Below, piece after piece: positions 27,001-37,741 of a stretch of DNA of 64,000 nt; positions within the stretch are counted from its first letter, which is position 1, and every line of letters begins with the position of its first letter. Source of the stretch: an uncultured Dehalococcoidia bacterium (GTDB lineage: Bacteria > Chloroflexota > Dehalococcoidia > Lucifugimonadales > GCA-2712585); assembly GCA_964418665.1 (NCBI GenBank), contig CAYQLZ010000002.1, positions 33,615 through 97,614 of the forward strand, in the 5' to 3' direction. Below the pieces are notes generated by a model that was not told where the DNA came from, made no database searches, and was given only the letters and a program-made list of their open reading frames with translations. The translations under genes were made by a program, and so were the position numbers.

Positions 27001-29007
27001 ATGGTTAGCACTGCGGAGCGCACCTTCCAGATAACAGCCGAGTTCCAGCCTACCGGGGACCAGCCCGCCGCCGTCGACAGCTTGGTAGTTGGCGCAAACG
27101 CGGGCCATCGATACCAGACCCTCATGGGCGTCACCGGCAGCGGCAAGACCTTCACCATGGCAAACATCGTTCAACGCCTGCAGCGCCCCACTCTTGTCAT
27201 CGCCCATAACAAGACCCTCGCCGCCCAGCTGGCTACCGAGTTCAAGGAGTTCTTCCCCAAGAACGCCGTCGAATACTTCGTTTCCTATTACGACTACTAC
27301 CAGCCGGAGGCCTACGTCCCCCAGACTGACACCTACATCGAGAAGGACGCGGATATTAACGAGGAGATAGACAAGCTGCGTCACTCCGCCACCCGTTCGC
27401 TGCTCACCCGTCGCGATGTGTTGATAGTCGCTTCCGTGTCTTGCATCTACGGTCTGGGGGACCCGGATGAATACTATTCCTTCGTCGCACCCCTACGCGT
27501 GGGCGAGACGCGCTCCCGCACCAGCCTGGTGCGAGACCTGGTGGCCATGCAGTACGAACGTAACGACGTCAGCCTCGTTCGGGGCCGCTTCCGTGTACGG
27601 GGAGACACCCTGGAGATGCTGCCCGCCTACGAGGATGTCGCCGTCCGCGTCCAATTCTGGGGCGACGAGGTCGAGCGCATCGTGGAGATCGACCCCCTCA
27701 CCGGCGAGATCCTGGCCGAACGACAGGAGATGGAGATCTACCCCGCCAAGCACTTCGTCACCTCGGAAGAGAAGATGCGCCTCGCCATAGAAGACATCCA
27801 GGGCGAGCTGACCGAATGGCTCGCCCACTTGCGCGGGCAGGGGAAGATTCTGGAGGCCGCCCGGCTGGAGTCGCGAACCCGCTACGACGTGGAGATGATG
27901 ACCCAGGTGGGCTACTGCTCCGGCATCGAGAACTACTCCCGGCACATCGGCCGCCGTGCCGCCGGCAGCACCCCCTGGACGCTGATGGACTACTTCCCCA
28001 AAGACTTTCTCATGTTCATCGACGAGTCCCACATGACGCTTCCCCAGCTTCGCGGTATGTACCACGGCGACATCTCCCGCAAGAACACGCTGGTGGAGTT
28101 CGGCTTCCGTCTTCCTTCGGCCTTGGACAACCGCCCCCTGAACTTCCGCGAGTTCGAGGACCACGTGAACCAGGTAGTCTTCGTTTCGGCCACTCCCGGC
28201 CCCTACGAAATGGAGGTCAGCAACCAGGTGGTGGAGCAGATTATTCGCCCCACGGGACTGCTGGACCCCGTCATCACCGTCAAACCTACCCGCGGTCAGA
28301 TAGACGACCTGATGGAGCAGATACAGGCCCGGGTGGAGAAGGGCGAACGGAGCCTCGTCACCACCCTGACGAAGCGTATGGCGGAGGAGCTCGCCGACTA
28401 CCTGCAGGAGATGGGCATCCGGGTCCACTACCTGCATTCGGAGATTCAAACGCTGGAACGAAGCGAAATTCTTCGGGACCTGCGGCTGGGCGTCTACGAC
28501 GTGGTCGTGGGCATCAACCTGCTGCGGGAGGGTCTGGACCTGCCGGAGGTGAGCTTCGTGGCCATCCTGGACGCGGACAAAGAAGGCTACCTGAGATCAT
28601 CGTCGTCGTTGATTCAGACCGTGGGCCGCGCCGCCCGCCACGTGGATGGCCAGGTCATCATGTACGCCGACAACGTCACCAAGTCCATGCACTTCGCCAT
28701 CAACGAGACGAATCGCCGCCGCCAGATTCAGGACGACTACAACCGGAAGCATGGCGTGGAGCCGCAGGGTATCCAGAAGGCGGTGCGTGACATAACGGAG
28801 CGGGTCAAGGCTGTCGCGGAGGAGAAGGCGCCCTACAAGGCGGAGCGGAAGCTGATGTCCCAGGACGAACTCTTCCGTGTGGTCAAGGACCTGGAGGCGC
28901 AGATGAAGCGCGCGGCCAAGAGTCTGGAGTTCGAGAAGGCGGCCATGTTCCGAGACGAGGTGCTGGAAATCCGCCGCCTGTTGGCCATGGCCAAGAAGGA
29001 CGCCTGA
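27001..29007 (+). CDS. uvrB: excinuclease ABC subunit B
   Basis: [19 protein letters not shown], helicase motifs and the C-terminal UVR domain ([10 protein letters not shown]). Start at ATG 27001. Confidence 0.95.
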   Translation: MVSTAERTFQITAEFQPTGDQPAAVDSLVVGANAGHRYQTLMGVTGSGKTFTMANIVQRLQRPTLVIAHNKTLAAQLATEFKEFFPKNAVEYFVSYYDYYQPEAYVPQTDTYIEKDADINEEIDKLRHSATRSLLTRRDVLIVASVSCIYGLGDPDEYYSFVAPLRVGETRSRTSLVRDLVAMQYERNDVSLVRGRFRVRGDTLEMLPAYEDVAVRVQFWGDEVERIVEIDPLTGEILAERQEMEIYPAKHFVTSEEKMRLAIEDIQGELTEWLAHLRGQGKILEAARLESRTRYDVEMMTQVGYCSGIENYSRHIGRRAAGSTPWTLMDYFPKDFLMFIDESHMTLPQLRGMYHGDISRKNTLVEFGFRLPSALDNRPLNFREFEDHVNQVVFVSATPGPYEMEVSNQVVEQIIRPTGLLDPVITVKPTRGQIDDLMEQIQARVEKGERSLVTTLTKRMAEELADYLQEMGIRVHYLHSEIQTLERSEILRDLRLGVYDVVVGINLLREGLDLPEVSFVAILDADKEGYLRSSSSLIQTVGRAARHVDGQVIMYADNVTKSMHFAINETNRRRQIQDDYNRKHGVEPQGIQKAVRDITERVKAVAEEKAPYKAERKLMSQDELFRVVKDLEAQMKRAAKSLEFEKAAMFRDEVLEIRRLLAMAKKDA

Positions 29008-29086
29008 CGGCCCTTCTCTTTGACTCCAAACCCCCTCAGGTGCTAGCATTCAGTATCGCGACGTAGAAAACGTCTGGAGGTATGAG

Positions 29087-29398
29087 ATGACCGAAGAGAC
29101 GGTTACTCGACAAGCAGTTATCGACATCATGAAGAATGTTTACGACCCGGAGATTCCGGTTAACGTGGTGGACCTCGGCTTGGTCTACGGTGTCCACGTG
29201 GACGAGGGGGACGTGCACGTCCTCATGACCCTCACCGCCCCCGGCTGCGGCATGGGCCCCATGATTGCCCAGCAGGCGGAGTGGGCCATTTCCGAATTGG
29301 AGGGCGTCGAAGACGTGGAGGTCGAAATGACCTTCGACCCGCCCTGGAACCCCGACTTGATTTCGGAAGACGGCAAGAAGCTGCTCGGCATCGACTAG
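29087..29398 (+). CDS. DUF59/MIP18-family Fe-S assembly protein (SufT-like)
   Basis: 103 aa. VYDPEIPVNVVDLGLVY...MTLTAPGCGMG. Confidence 0.8.
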   Translation: MTEETVTRQAVIDIMKNVYDPEIPVNVVDLGLVYGVHVDEGDVHVLMTLTAPGCGMGPMIAQQAEWAISELEGVEDVEVEMTFDPPWNPDLISEDGKKLLGID

Positions 29399-29438
29399 AC
29401 CAGAGCAACAACCCTAAAGGACCGGTGCGCAACTTAAA

Positions 29439-30263
29439 TTGACCACGCCTCAGAGGCTCCCCACGCCACAGGAAAAGGCCCGACTTGAAGCTATCCGGAA
29501 GACCTGGCAGCAACGTCGCGCCATTACGCAGAACCTTTCCGAGATTAAGAAAAAGGTCGCCGTCTATAGCGGCAAGGGAGGCGTAGGCAAGACCACCGTG
29601 GCCGTCAATCTCGCCGTTACCCTGGCCCAGCAGGGCCATTCCGTCGGACTCCTCGACGTGGATATCGACTGTCCCAACGTCACCAAAGTTCTGGGAATCA
29701 CCGAGCCACCATCCCAGGTCAACGGGAAGTTGGTACCCTCAGAACGATTCGGCGTTAAAGTGGTCTCAATGGGGTTCTTCCAGCAGAAGGAAGACGAAGC
29801 CATTATCTGGCGCGGCCCCATGGTCCACAACGCCATTAACCAGTTCCTCCAGTTGACGCAATGGGGCCAGTTGGACTACCTGGTGGTGGATCTGCCGCCG
29901 GGAACCTCGGATTCCCCGTTGACGGTGATGCAGACGCTTCCCCTGGACGGCTTTGTCATGGTGACGACTCCCCAGGCGCTGGCCCAGTTGGATGCTAAAC
30001 GCTCCATCAACATGGTGCGCAAGCTGAATGTGAAGGTGCTGGGCGTGGTGGAGAACTACACCGGGGAGATATTCGGAGAAGGCGCGGGAATCGCCCTGGC
30101 CGAAGATTTGGAGGTGCCCTTCCTGGGCACAATGGCCCTCCGGGCCGATTACCGCGATGGCAGCAAACCGACGGTGCTCACCAGCAAAGTGGTCCGTCGC
30201 GAATACGAAGAGCTGGCCGGGAACCTCGAGGCGAGCCTGAAAGCCAACGCCGAGGAAGAGTAG
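29439..30263 (+). CDS. apbC: Mrp/NBP35-family Fe-S cluster carrier ATPase
   Basis: VAVYSGKGGVGKTTVAVNLA deviant Walker A. DLPPGTSD. Confidence 0.9.
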   Translation: MTTPQRLPTPQEKARLEAIRKTWQQRRAITQNLSEIKKKVAVYSGKGGVGKTTVAVNLAVTLAQQGHSVGLLDVDIDCPNVTKVLGITEPPSQVNGKLVPSERFGVKVVSMGFFQQKEDEAIIWRGPMVHNAINQFLQLTQWGQLDYLVVDLPPGTSDSPLTVMQTLPLDGFVMVTTPQALAQLDAKRSINMVRKLNVKVLGVVENYTGEIFGEGAGIALAEDLEVPFLGTMALRADYRDGSKPTVLTSKVVRREYEELAGNLEASLKANAEEE

Positions 30264-30272
30264 CGCCGACTC

Positions 30273-31274
30273 CTAGGCAGGTTCAGCGCTGGCTGCCGCT
30301 GGTCTCTCAAGCTCCCTGAGAATATCCCTTGTCTTCTCCCCCATGTGGTCGCCAACGGCCGCGATTTTCCTCATCCTGCCCTCAGCAATCCGAAGAGCCA
30401 CTGTAGTTGGTACCGCAACTGGTCCGATTGGAGTTGCCATTAGAGCAGTGCCAACTGTGGAATAGGCACCGGCTCTGACCACACGCCCCCTACCCCGCGT
30501 GATAGCGTTCTGAAGGGATGAGCGTCCCATCAGGACCATGCCGCCTTCCGTCGCTGCGATGACAACCGCTGAAGCTAAGGGTATCGCGTCAAGGCCGAAT
30601 TCGGCGCTCTTGTCGGCGAGGTCTTTCAAAGCTCCTTCGCTCAATTCACTCAATTGTCCATCCGTCTCTTGTTCCAGGTGCTCATTGGTTATGCTGCTGG
30701 CTGTCACATTATCCCGCAGGGATGCTCGGGCATCTAATTCATCCGGAACGACAACCCGAACGGTTGGATATTTTTCTAAGGCTCTATTGACGTAAGACAT
30801 CGACTCTGTAGCCTTAAGCTGGAGGTCTTCAACGATCTCCCCGTTGCCATCTTCGATTCTCAAATCCCAGCCTGGCTGATTTGCATCCTTTGCAATTCGG
30901 GCCACTTGTCCGGACTCTAACTGGATGTCTCCCACACTTTCACCCGCATTTAACTTTTTGCAAACGAGGACTTCGAAGTATTTGCCTTTCACTCCGTTGG
31001 CCAATCCCTCTTGACGCTCCTCGGTGGCTCCCCTTAGTGAATCCAAGCTAACTCTTCGATACTGCAGTCGAAAAGCTTCCAGAAATTGTGGATTGGCCTC
31101 CGGCTCCAGTCCCAGGCCTATAACGTCGTCAATGGATACGTCAGTGGCAATCGCGGCCAATTCCAGCACTTCGCGCTCTTGCCGTCGACGGTATTTTTCC
31201 GCGAATTTCGCCAGTTCTCCCCTGCTTTGAACGGGATATGTCGCTGCCAGGTTCTTCAGTTTATCGTAGGCCAT
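30273..31274 (-). CDS. hypothetical protein: possible PD-(D/E)xK-like nuclease core plus a Gly/Ala-rich hydrophobic C-terminal region
   Basis: 333 aa. GKYFEVLVCKKL...PGWDLRIEDGNGEIVEDLQLKAT, then IPLASAVVIAATEGGMVLMG and GAYSTVGTALMATPIGPVAVPTTVAL. GC looks lower than in the flanks. Confidence 0.55.
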   Translation of the reverse strand: MAYDKLKNLAATYPVQSRGELAKFAEKYRRRQEREVLELAAIATDVSIDDVIGLGLEPEANPQFLEAFRLQYRRVSLDSLRGATEERQEGLANGVKGKYFEVLVCKKLNAGESVGDIQLESGQVARIAKDANQPGWDLRIEDGNGEIVEDLQLKATESMSYVNRALEKYPTVRVVVPDELDARASLRDNVTASSITNEHLEQETDGQLSELSEGALKDLADKSAEFGLDAIPLASAVVIAATEGGMVLMGRSSLQNAITRGRGRVVRAGAYSTVGTALMATPIGPVAVPTTVALRIAEGRMRKIAAVGDHMGEKTRDILRELERPAAASAEPA

Positions 31275-31310
31275 GACTTCTTCTACCCCTTAACATGAGA
31301 TTTGGCCTGC

Positions 31311-31787
31311 TCATATCCATCGCCACTGCCAGAACATCCACCAGGGACTCCTAGTCTGTCGTTCCTGACGGGCGAGGCTTGTCTGCACTTGCGCAAGTGT
31401 CTCCTCCATGTCGGACTGTGCTTGCTGAATCTGCGCCAGTTGCTGCTCTAAAGCGTCTTGGTTCTGTTGCGCTTGCGCCAGGGCTTCCTTCATTGCGCCT
31501 TGCTCCACCTGCACCTCATGTAGCGACAACTTGATGCTTGTCTGCTGTACCCTCAATTCGGTAAGCGAGTCTCTGACTTTTTGCTGGTCATTATGAACCC
31601 CGATTACCGCAGTGGAAACAGTGTCGGTAAAGTCTTCAAGCTGCTCCTGAAGCTTCTTGCCGGTAACCATGTCGGCCGTGCCACCGACCCTTTCTTTGGT
31701 GGAGTCCAATAGCTTTCGAAACCCTCCAACCAACCCTCCCGATTCTTGTGATTCTCCTTCTTTAGTCCCTTCATCTTGTCGGTTCAA
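31311..31787 (-). CDS. hypothetical Gln-rich coiled-coil protein with Trp-rich C-terminus
   Basis: 158 aa. Heptad-like LAQAQQNQDALEQQLAQIQQAQSDMEETLAQVQ. Ends in SPWWMFWQWRWI. The start is a TTG and is uncertain. Confidence 0.55.
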   Translation of the reverse strand: MNRQDEGTKEGESQESGGLVGGFRKLLDSTKERVGGTADMVTGKKLQEQLEDFTDTVSTAVIGVHNDQQKVRDSLTELRVQQTSIKLSLHEVQVEQGAMKEALAQAQQNQDALEQQLAQIQQAQSDMEETLAQVQTSLARQERQTRSPWWMFWQWRWI

Positions 31788-31987
31788 TGGTCGCGTCGCT
31801 CCTCGTATATTTGTAGCGACTCTATCACCAATGATGAGGAATAACTAGGTGACGGGGCCCCAATGATTGACGTCGTAGCCGCATGAAGGACGCAGTGGTA
31901 CCGCAAGAGAAAAAGATTTGATGTAATGGGCGAAATGAAAAGTCCGCCGAGCACCAATTGAGGCTGGATTTTGGCGGGAGCGCGTTC

Positions 31988-34123
31988 CTAGCCTCCCGTC
32001 TTCACCACCTGGCGGGATTTGCCGGGGTCTCCGGCGGCCACCAGCCCCTCCTCCTCAAGGACCTCGAGAAGCTGCATCGCCCGTGTGTAACCCACCTGCA
32101 GGCGGCGCTGCAGCATGGCCGGCGACACGTGGTGGTACTTCTCGCACATTTCCCGCGCCTTAATCAGCAACTCATCATCGTCCGGCACACCGCCACGCTC
32201 GAACTGTTCCTCCTCGTCCGGCTCCGTTAGAGGCATGTCCGGCAGCGGCGGCCCCTTCTGTTCCTTCCAGAAGTCTATGACGGAATCGAACTCCGAATCG
32301 GCCACGAAAGTGCCCTGAATCCGCTGCGGAGTGGGCGACTGGGCGGAGAGGTAGAGCATATCCCCCTTTCCCAATAGCTTGTCGGCGCCGGAGCCGTCCA
32401 GGATGACCCTGGAGTCCACCTGGGACGCCACGGCAAAGGCTATGCGGCCCGGAATGTTGGCCTTCAGAAGGCCAGTGACCACCTTCACCGAGGGACGCTG
32501 GGTGCACAGGATCAGGTGTATGCCCGTGGCCCGTCCCAGCTGGGCCAGCCGGACCAGCGACTGCTCCACCTCGAAGCCCGACGTCATCATCAGGTCGGCC
32601 AATTCGTCGATTATCAAGAGAGCGTAGGGCATCTTCTCTTCACTCTTGTCGTTATAGCCGACAATGTTTCGAACGCCGATGTCCTCCATTAGCTTGTACC
32701 GGTGGAACATCTCTCGCAGCAGGGCGGCGAGCACCTCCAGCACCTCTTCGGGGTCGACGATGACCGGGGCATACAGATGCGGTATGCCGTTGAAGGGGGT
32801 CAACTCCACCCGCTTGGGGTCCACCATTAGCATCCTGAGCCGGTCGGGCCGGTTCGAAAGCAGGAGAGACATGACCACTGAGTTGATGCACACGCTCTTT
32901 CCGCTGCCCGTTGAGCCGGCCACGAGGAGATGGGGGAGGCTCAAGAGGTTCGCCACCACCGGTTCCCCCGCTGAATCTTGGCCAAGGGCGATGGGCAGCC
33001 CGCCATGCTTCACAATCTTCTGGAATTCAGGGTTGGTCACAACTGATTTCAGAGGAACGACGCTGGGATTCGGGTTGGGCACTTCCAATCCGACAAAACC
33101 CTCTCCCGGGACCTGTGGCTGAATCCGCAGCGAGGATGTCTTCAGCGCGAGCGCCAGGTCCGCTTCCCGCGCAACGATGCTCTGCACCTTCACCCGCCCC
33201 CTGTCCGTGGGAGGCTTGTCGTCCTGCCCCTTGGATTCTCTGTTGTTCTTGACCCGACCGGGGACCAGGCCGAACCGGATGATTCTCGGCCCCGTCTTCA
33301 CGTCTCCGACGGAAACTTCCACTCCGTAGTCGGCCATGGTGGACTCGATACACTCGGACATTTCGGCCAATGTCTCCGGGGACGCCTTGGTGACTGCCAA
33401 ATCCTCCAGCAGGTCCAGGCTGGGCAGCTTCCATTCCGACGCCGACTTGCCGTCATCGAAGGATGCTCCGTTGACGTGGACGGCTTCCTTATGGACGGGT
33501 TCCGGCATTTCCTCCGTGGCCATGAGCTTCTCTATACGCCCCGTGGCTTCCTGGGCCGAACCTTCCTCTTCGATGGTCTCCTTGCCTTTGAACATTCCTC
33601 CTACCATGCTGAACAGGGCCCCAATGCCCCGCCCAATGGCCAGAAGACCGAGCCAGCCATATCGCGCGAAGGATGCGGCCCCGTTTTCGGATCCCGTAAC
33701 GTGCCACCGGTACAGGAAAACTAGGGCGACCAGCGCCATCAAGCCGACTATTTTCGGGATGCCGGTGAGAAGCGGGTATCCACCGAAGTAGCTGCCCCAG
33801 CTTCCAGACATTCCCACCTCATCCAGTGCACCGAATTCGGGATAGAAGAGGGACAACCCACCAAGCACGGCCATTACAAACACCGCCGAGCCGACCCAAT
33901 AGTGAGGGTGCTCCCGGAAGCTGTGCCGAGCGAAAACAACGGATGCAACAAAGGCCGCCAGCCACATCCCAACGGGCAGGTAACCGTAGCCCAGGTAGGT
34001 CCAGAAACGCTCCCGCAGGTCCACCATGAAGTAGAGGGTGGCGGCGGGGGCGATTACCAGGACGAGAAAAGCCAGCGCCCAGATTCCGTAGCGCGTGGAC
34101 AGGAAGAAGAGGATCCGTTTCAC
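31988..34123 (-). CDS. ftsK: DNA translocase FtsK/SpoIIIE
   Basis: 711 aa. N-terminal TM helices, Walker A VAGSTGSGKSV, IIDELADLM, and a C-terminal winged-helix gamma domain. Confidence 0.9.
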   Translation of the reverse strand: MKRILFFLSTRYGIWALAFLVLVIAPAATLYFMVDLRERFWTYLGYGYLPVGMWLAAFVASVVFARHSFREHPHYWVGSAVFVMAVLGGLSLFYPEFGALDEVGMSGSWGSYFGGYPLLTGIPKIVGLMALVALVFLYRWHVTGSENGAASFARYGWLGLLAIGRGIGALFSMVGGMFKGKETIEEEGSAQEATGRIEKLMATEEMPEPVHKEAVHVNGASFDDGKSASEWKLPSLDLLEDLAVTKASPETLAEMSECIESTMADYGVEVSVGDVKTGPRIIRFGLVPGRVKNNRESKGQDDKPPTDRGRVKVQSIVAREADLALALKTSSLRIQPQVPGEGFVGLEVPNPNPSVVPLKSVVTNPEFQKIVKHGGLPIALGQDSAGEPVVANLLSLPHLLVAGSTGSGKSVCINSVVMSLLLSNRPDRLRMLMVDPKRVELTPFNGIPHLYAPVIVDPEEVLEVLAALLREMFHRYKLMEDIGVRNIVGYNDKSEEKMPYALLIIDELADLMMTSGFEVEQSLVRLAQLGRATGIHLILCTQRPSVKVVTGLLKANIPGRIAFAVASQVDSRVILDGSGADKLLGKGDMLYLSAQSPTPQRIQGTFVADSEFDSVIDFWKEQKGPPLPDMPLTEPDEEEQFERGGVPDDDELLIKAREMCEKYHHVSPAMLQRRLQVGYTRAMQLLEVLEEEGLVAAGDPGKSRQVVKTGG

Positions 34124-34167
34124 CAGGCTTGTACCGAGCCTTTCCGAGGCTTCCGCTATGCGTGCAG

Positions 34168-35826
34168 TCAGACCTCCAGGGTCACGGGTACAATCATAGG
34201 GCGTCGGCCCATGTCCTTGTAAAGGAGCCTGCGGGCGATTTTCTCCACCTTTTGGTTTATGTAACCCACGTCAATGGGATAGACAACCCTGCGATCCAGG
34301 GTGTCGAACACCTCCGCCGCCAATCGTCTGAACGCCTGACCTCGTGCCGCGTCGTCGGTGAAACCGCTGGAAACCACCACGGGGTCCTCCAGGGGCACGC
34401 CGGAATCCCGGTCCAGGCTGATCACTATGATAACGACACCATCGTTTCCCAGCGTGCGACGGTCCTCCAGCACTGTGCTGTTTGGGTCCATGGGGTTGCT
34501 TCTGTCCAGGTACACGTTGCCTGCCGGGATGCGCTTCAGCCTGCGCCCGCCGGAATCTGAAATCTCCGTCACGTCTCCGTCCTGCATCAGGAAGACGTTT
34601 TCGCCCTTCACGCCCATCTGCGTGGCCAGCGCGGCGTGGGCGGCCAGTCCCCGGAACTCCCCGTGGATGGGGACGAAGTAGCGGGGTTTGGTCAGCGTCA
34701 ATACCGTCTTCAGCTCTTCTCGAGCTGCGTGGCCATGAACGTGGACGGTTGCGATCCGATCGTAGAGGACGCGGGATCCTTTGCGCACCAGGTTGTTGAT
34801 GGTGCGGTTGACCACCTTTTCGTTCCCTGGAATAGCGGAAGCGGATATTATCACCGTGTCATTGGGCAGGATGCGAATCTGCCGGTGGTCGTCCCTGGCT
34901 ATGCGCACCAACGCCGAAGAAGGCTCGCCCTGGCTGCCGGTGGTTATCAGCACCACCTGTTCCGGAGGCAGCTGGTTGGCCCTCTGAAGAGAGACTAGCA
35001 CCCCCGGCGGCTGCTTGATGTATCCCATCTGTGACGCCATGGCCACGTTGTCCACCATGCGTCGTCCTGCCACCGCCACCTTGCGTCCGTGGGCCGCTGC
35101 GGCGTCCAGGACCAGCTGAATGCGTGAAATGAGGGAGGCGAAGGTCGCCACCAGCACCCGGGCCGGAGCTTCGCCGATGGCCTGCATCAGAGAGTCTCCC
35201 ACCACCTGCTCGGAAGGGGTGTACCCTTCCGTCTCCGCGTAGGTGGAGTCGGAGAGCAACGCGAGGACGCCCTCTTCGCCGAAGCGGCCCAGGGCGCGCA
35301 GGTCCGTCGTCGTGCCGTCAACCGGGGTGTAATCGATCTTGAAATCGCCCGTGTGGACAACCAACCCGGCTGGCGTTCTGATGGCCAGGCCGAAAGCGTC
35401 CGGGATGCTGTGGCTCACGCGGAACCCCTCAATCTCGAAGGGCCCTACACGGAAGCGCAAGCCCTCTTCAATCAGTCGAAGGTCCGCCTTGTCGAGGAGA
35501 CCGTAGTCTCGCAGCTTGACGCGTATGAGACCCAGGGCCAGCCTGGGTGCATACACCGGGACATTCAGCTGCGGAAGTACGAAGGGCAGGGCGCCGGTGT
35601 GGTCCTCGTGACCGTGGGTAATGAGGATTGCCCGGACCTTGTGACGACGCTCCAACAGGTAGGATATGTTGGGGATCGCCAGGTCCACTCCCGGCGCGTC
35701 CTCGCCCGGAAAGAGTATGCCGCAGTCGACGACGACAATGTCGTCCTCCCACTCCAGCGCCATCATATTCTTGCCGATCTCCCCCAGGCCGCCCAGGGGA
35801 ACCAGCTTCAACGGAGTGGTCGTCAA
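34168..35826 (-). CDS. rnj: ribonuclease J
   Basis: 552 aa. Metallo-beta-lactamase motif ITHGHEDHTGALP and beta-CASP architecture. Confidence 0.9.
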   Translation of the reverse strand: MTTTPLKLVPLGGLGEIGKNMMALEWEDDIVVVDCGILFPGEDAPGVDLAIPNISYLLERRHKVRAILITHGHEDHTGALPFVLPQLNVPVYAPRLALGLIRVKLRDYGLLDKADLRLIEEGLRFRVGPFEIEGFRVSHSIPDAFGLAIRTPAGLVVHTGDFKIDYTPVDGTTTDLRALGRFGEEGVLALLSDSTYAETEGYTPSEQVVGDSLMQAIGEAPARVLVATFASLISRIQLVLDAAAAHGRKVAVAGRRMVDNVAMASQMGYIKQPPGVLVSLQRANQLPPEQVVLITTGSQGEPSSALVRIARDDHRQIRILPNDTVIISASAIPGNEKVVNRTINNLVRKGSRVLYDRIATVHVHGHAAREELKTVLTLTKPRYFVPIHGEFRGLAAHAALATQMGVKGENVFLMQDGDVTEISDSGGRRLKRIPAGNVYLDRSNPMDPNSTVLEDRRTLGNDGVVIIVISLDRDSGVPLEDPVVVSSGFTDDAARGQAFRRLAAEVFDTLDRRVVYPIDVGYINQKVEKIARRLLYKDMGRRPMIVPVTLEV

Positions 35827-36441
35827 CTATCGGCCCTGCGAGAACATATCGAGCTGCTGCGGGGGAGGTTTGGGTTCTTCGGGTGGCATATTCTGCTGAA
35901 CAAGGCTGGGAATTGCCCGGAAGTCATCCTCGATGACGCTCCGAAGACTCCCGTTGTGCAGCGCCGCTGCGGGGTGGTACATCGGGTAGATGGTCCGTCC
36001 TTCCACCTGCCGCGCCTTGGCCCTCACCCGCCCGATGGTCTGGCCGGGGATGAACCGGGCCATGGAGAAGCGCCCAAGGGTGACAATAACCTTTGGGTTG
36101 ATGATTGCAATCTGCTCGTCCAGATGCTTCCGGCAGGCCTGAATCTCCCCCGGCATCGGGTCGCGATTATTCGGGGGCCTGCATTTGACCACGTTGGTGA
36201 TGAAGACTTCCTCCCTCTTCAGTTCGGCGGACGTGATGAGCTCGTTCAGGAACTTTCCTGCGGGGCCAACGAAGGGCAGCCCCTGCCGGTCTTCGTGGAA
36301 CCCTGGGCCTTCGCCGATCATCATTATGTCGGCGGTCGCTGGGCCGTCTCCCGGCACGGCATTTGTCCTGGTCCGGCTGAGGGGACAGTCTGTACATTGC
36401 TTTATTCGATTGGTCAGTTCTTCAAAGGCGCTCATGGCCAA
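35827..36441 (-). CDS. udg: uracil-DNA glycosylase, family 4
   Basis: CTDCPL...MMIGEGPGFHEDRQGLPFVGPAGKFL...HPAAAL. Confidence 0.85.
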   Translation of the reverse strand: MAMSAFEELTNRIKQCTDCPLSRTRTNAVPGDGPATADIMMIGEGPGFHEDRQGLPFVGPAGKFLNELITSAELKREEVFITNVVKCRPPNNRDPMPGEIQACRKHLDEQIAIINPKVIVTLGRFSMARFIPGQTIGRVRAKARQVEGRTIYPMYHPAAALHNGSLRSVIEDDFRAIPSLVQQNMPPEEPKPPPQQLDMFSQGR

Positions 36442-36608
36442 GTGGCTCCCGATAATCGATGCCTTCCAAGTTTATCACAGAACCCCGCCTCTTTTCCGAC
36501 GACCCCGCTCCAGTAACCCTGTTTCTCAGACCGCCATCTCTGTAATGACTGGCTGTGGGTTTAACGGGTACCGGGCCTGGAAGCACCTGGTTCGAATGGT
36601 TCTCCGGT

Positions 36609-36638
36609 TTGCATCTGCCCTCACTGCTAATGTACAAT
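36609..36638 (+). promoter_or_regulatory. candidate promoter (TTGCAT-18-TACAAT) for the DUF1640 gene
   Basis: -35 at 36609-36614 and -10 at 36633-36638. The SD GAGGAG lies 8 nt before ATG 36697. Confidence 0.4.
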
Positions 36639-36696
36639 AGTTTCAGCCGGGGAGGGAAGTCCCTGCACAAATTGAGGGAGAAGAGGAGCGAACCCG

Positions 36697-36960
36697 ATGG
36701 CCATTGGCGACACCCTGGAAGCGGTCCGAAAGCTCCGGAACGCGGGCATGGACGAGTCACAGGCGGAAGCCATAGTTGACATCATACAGGACGCGTCTAC
36801 CAGCCTTATGACCAAGGACGATGCGTTGTTGCTTGAAGCCAAGGTGCGAGTTGATATCCTTGGTCTCAAGGCCGATGTCTATCGCGCCCTGTGGATTCAG
36901 GGCATCGGAATAGTCGCCATCGTGGGGACATTCATCGCCATAGCCACGGCCCTGGGCTGA
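36697..36960 (+). CDS. DUF1640-family tail-anchored coiled-coil protein
   Basis: 87 aa. DTLEAVRKLRNAGMDESQAEAIVDIIQDA...TKDD...C-terminal TM IQGIGIVAIVGTFIAIATALG. Confidence 0.7.
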   Translation: MAIGDTLEAVRKLRNAGMDESQAEAIVDIIQDASTSLMTKDDALLLEAKVRVDILGLKADVYRALWIQGIGIVAIVGTFIAIATALG

Positions 36961-36998
36961 ACCCCAGCCGAGGGGGGAGGTGGACCTGACCGCCTCGT

Positions 36999-37268
36999 CT
37001 ATTCGTCCGCGACGCCCTGTCCCTTCAGATAGTCTATGGCGTCCTGCACCGTGATAATCTTCTCTGATTCCTCGTCGGAGATGGAAATCTCATTGTCGTC
37101 TGTGCTGAATTCTTCCTCGAAGGCCATAATGAGCTCCACCTGGTCCAGCGAGTCGGCGTTGAAAGTCTCGGTGAAGGAGGCTTCGGGAAGCACCTCCTCC
37201 TCTTCGACGCCGAGCTTGTCTACCACGATGGCAGTGACTCGTTCCTCAATTGTTGCCATGCTCTTCAC
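36999..37268 (-). CDS. acpP: acyl carrier protein
   Basis: [20 protein letters not shown]...[19 protein letters not shown] (DSL phosphopantetheine site). Acidic C-terminal extension. Confidence 0.85.
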   Translation of the reverse strand: MKSMATIEERVTAIVVDKLGVEEEEVLPEASFTETFNADSLDQVELIMAFEEEFSTDDNEISISDEESEKIITVQDAIDYLKGQGVADE

Positions 37269-37719
37269 CCTTTCGACGAGTGCTTGTTGCCTGTGCCGGC
37301 TTGTCCAGTTCCATCAGTGACCCTAACACGCCGTTTATGAATCTGGGAGAGCTTCCGCTCCCGTAGGTCTTTGCCAGTTCCACGGCCTCGTTGATTGCCA
37401 CCTTGGGAGGAGTTTCGGTCTCGAATCTCATTTCGTAGATGGCAATCCTCAAAACGTTGCGGTCGATAATCGGAATGTGGGCGACCGGCCAGGCAGGGGC
37501 AAGTTCCCCTATAGCACCGTCTATCTCTTTCATGTTGTCAGCTATCCCCTGCACCAGGTCCAGGGCGAAGACGCTGCCCGAAGCTCCAAGGGATGCTTCC
37601 AGGAGCAGCCTTTCGGCCGTCGCCTGTGGCGAATGCTCGGAGGCATCCCCCTCGTACAGAGCTTGCAGCGCTACTCCCCTGGCCCTTCTGCGAAGGGGTG
37701 CAGCTTGTTTCGTAGCCAT
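37246..37719 (-). CDS. nusB: transcription antitermination factor NusB
   Basis: [14 protein letters not shown]...[13 protein letters not shown]...[14 protein letters not shown]...FINGVLG. Confidence 0.85.
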   Translation of the reverse strand: MATKQAAPLRRRARGVALQALYEGDASEHSPQATAERLLLEASLGASGSVFALDLVQGIADNMKEIDGAIGELAPAWPVAHIPIIDRNVLRIAIYEMRFETETPPKVAINEAVELAKTYGSGSSPRFINGVLGSLMELDKPAQATSTRRKGEEHGNN

Positions 37720-37741
37720 GGGATCAGGTCTCCAGCTTTGG

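Noticed and set aside
36570-36600. A GGTTCGAAT T-loop-like motif suggesting a tRNA in the udg/DUF1640 spacer.
   Set aside because: The flanking bases do not form a T-stem (cctgg against ggttc are not complementary). No acceptor or anticodon arms can be drawn. No tRNA was found in the other spacers I inspected either.
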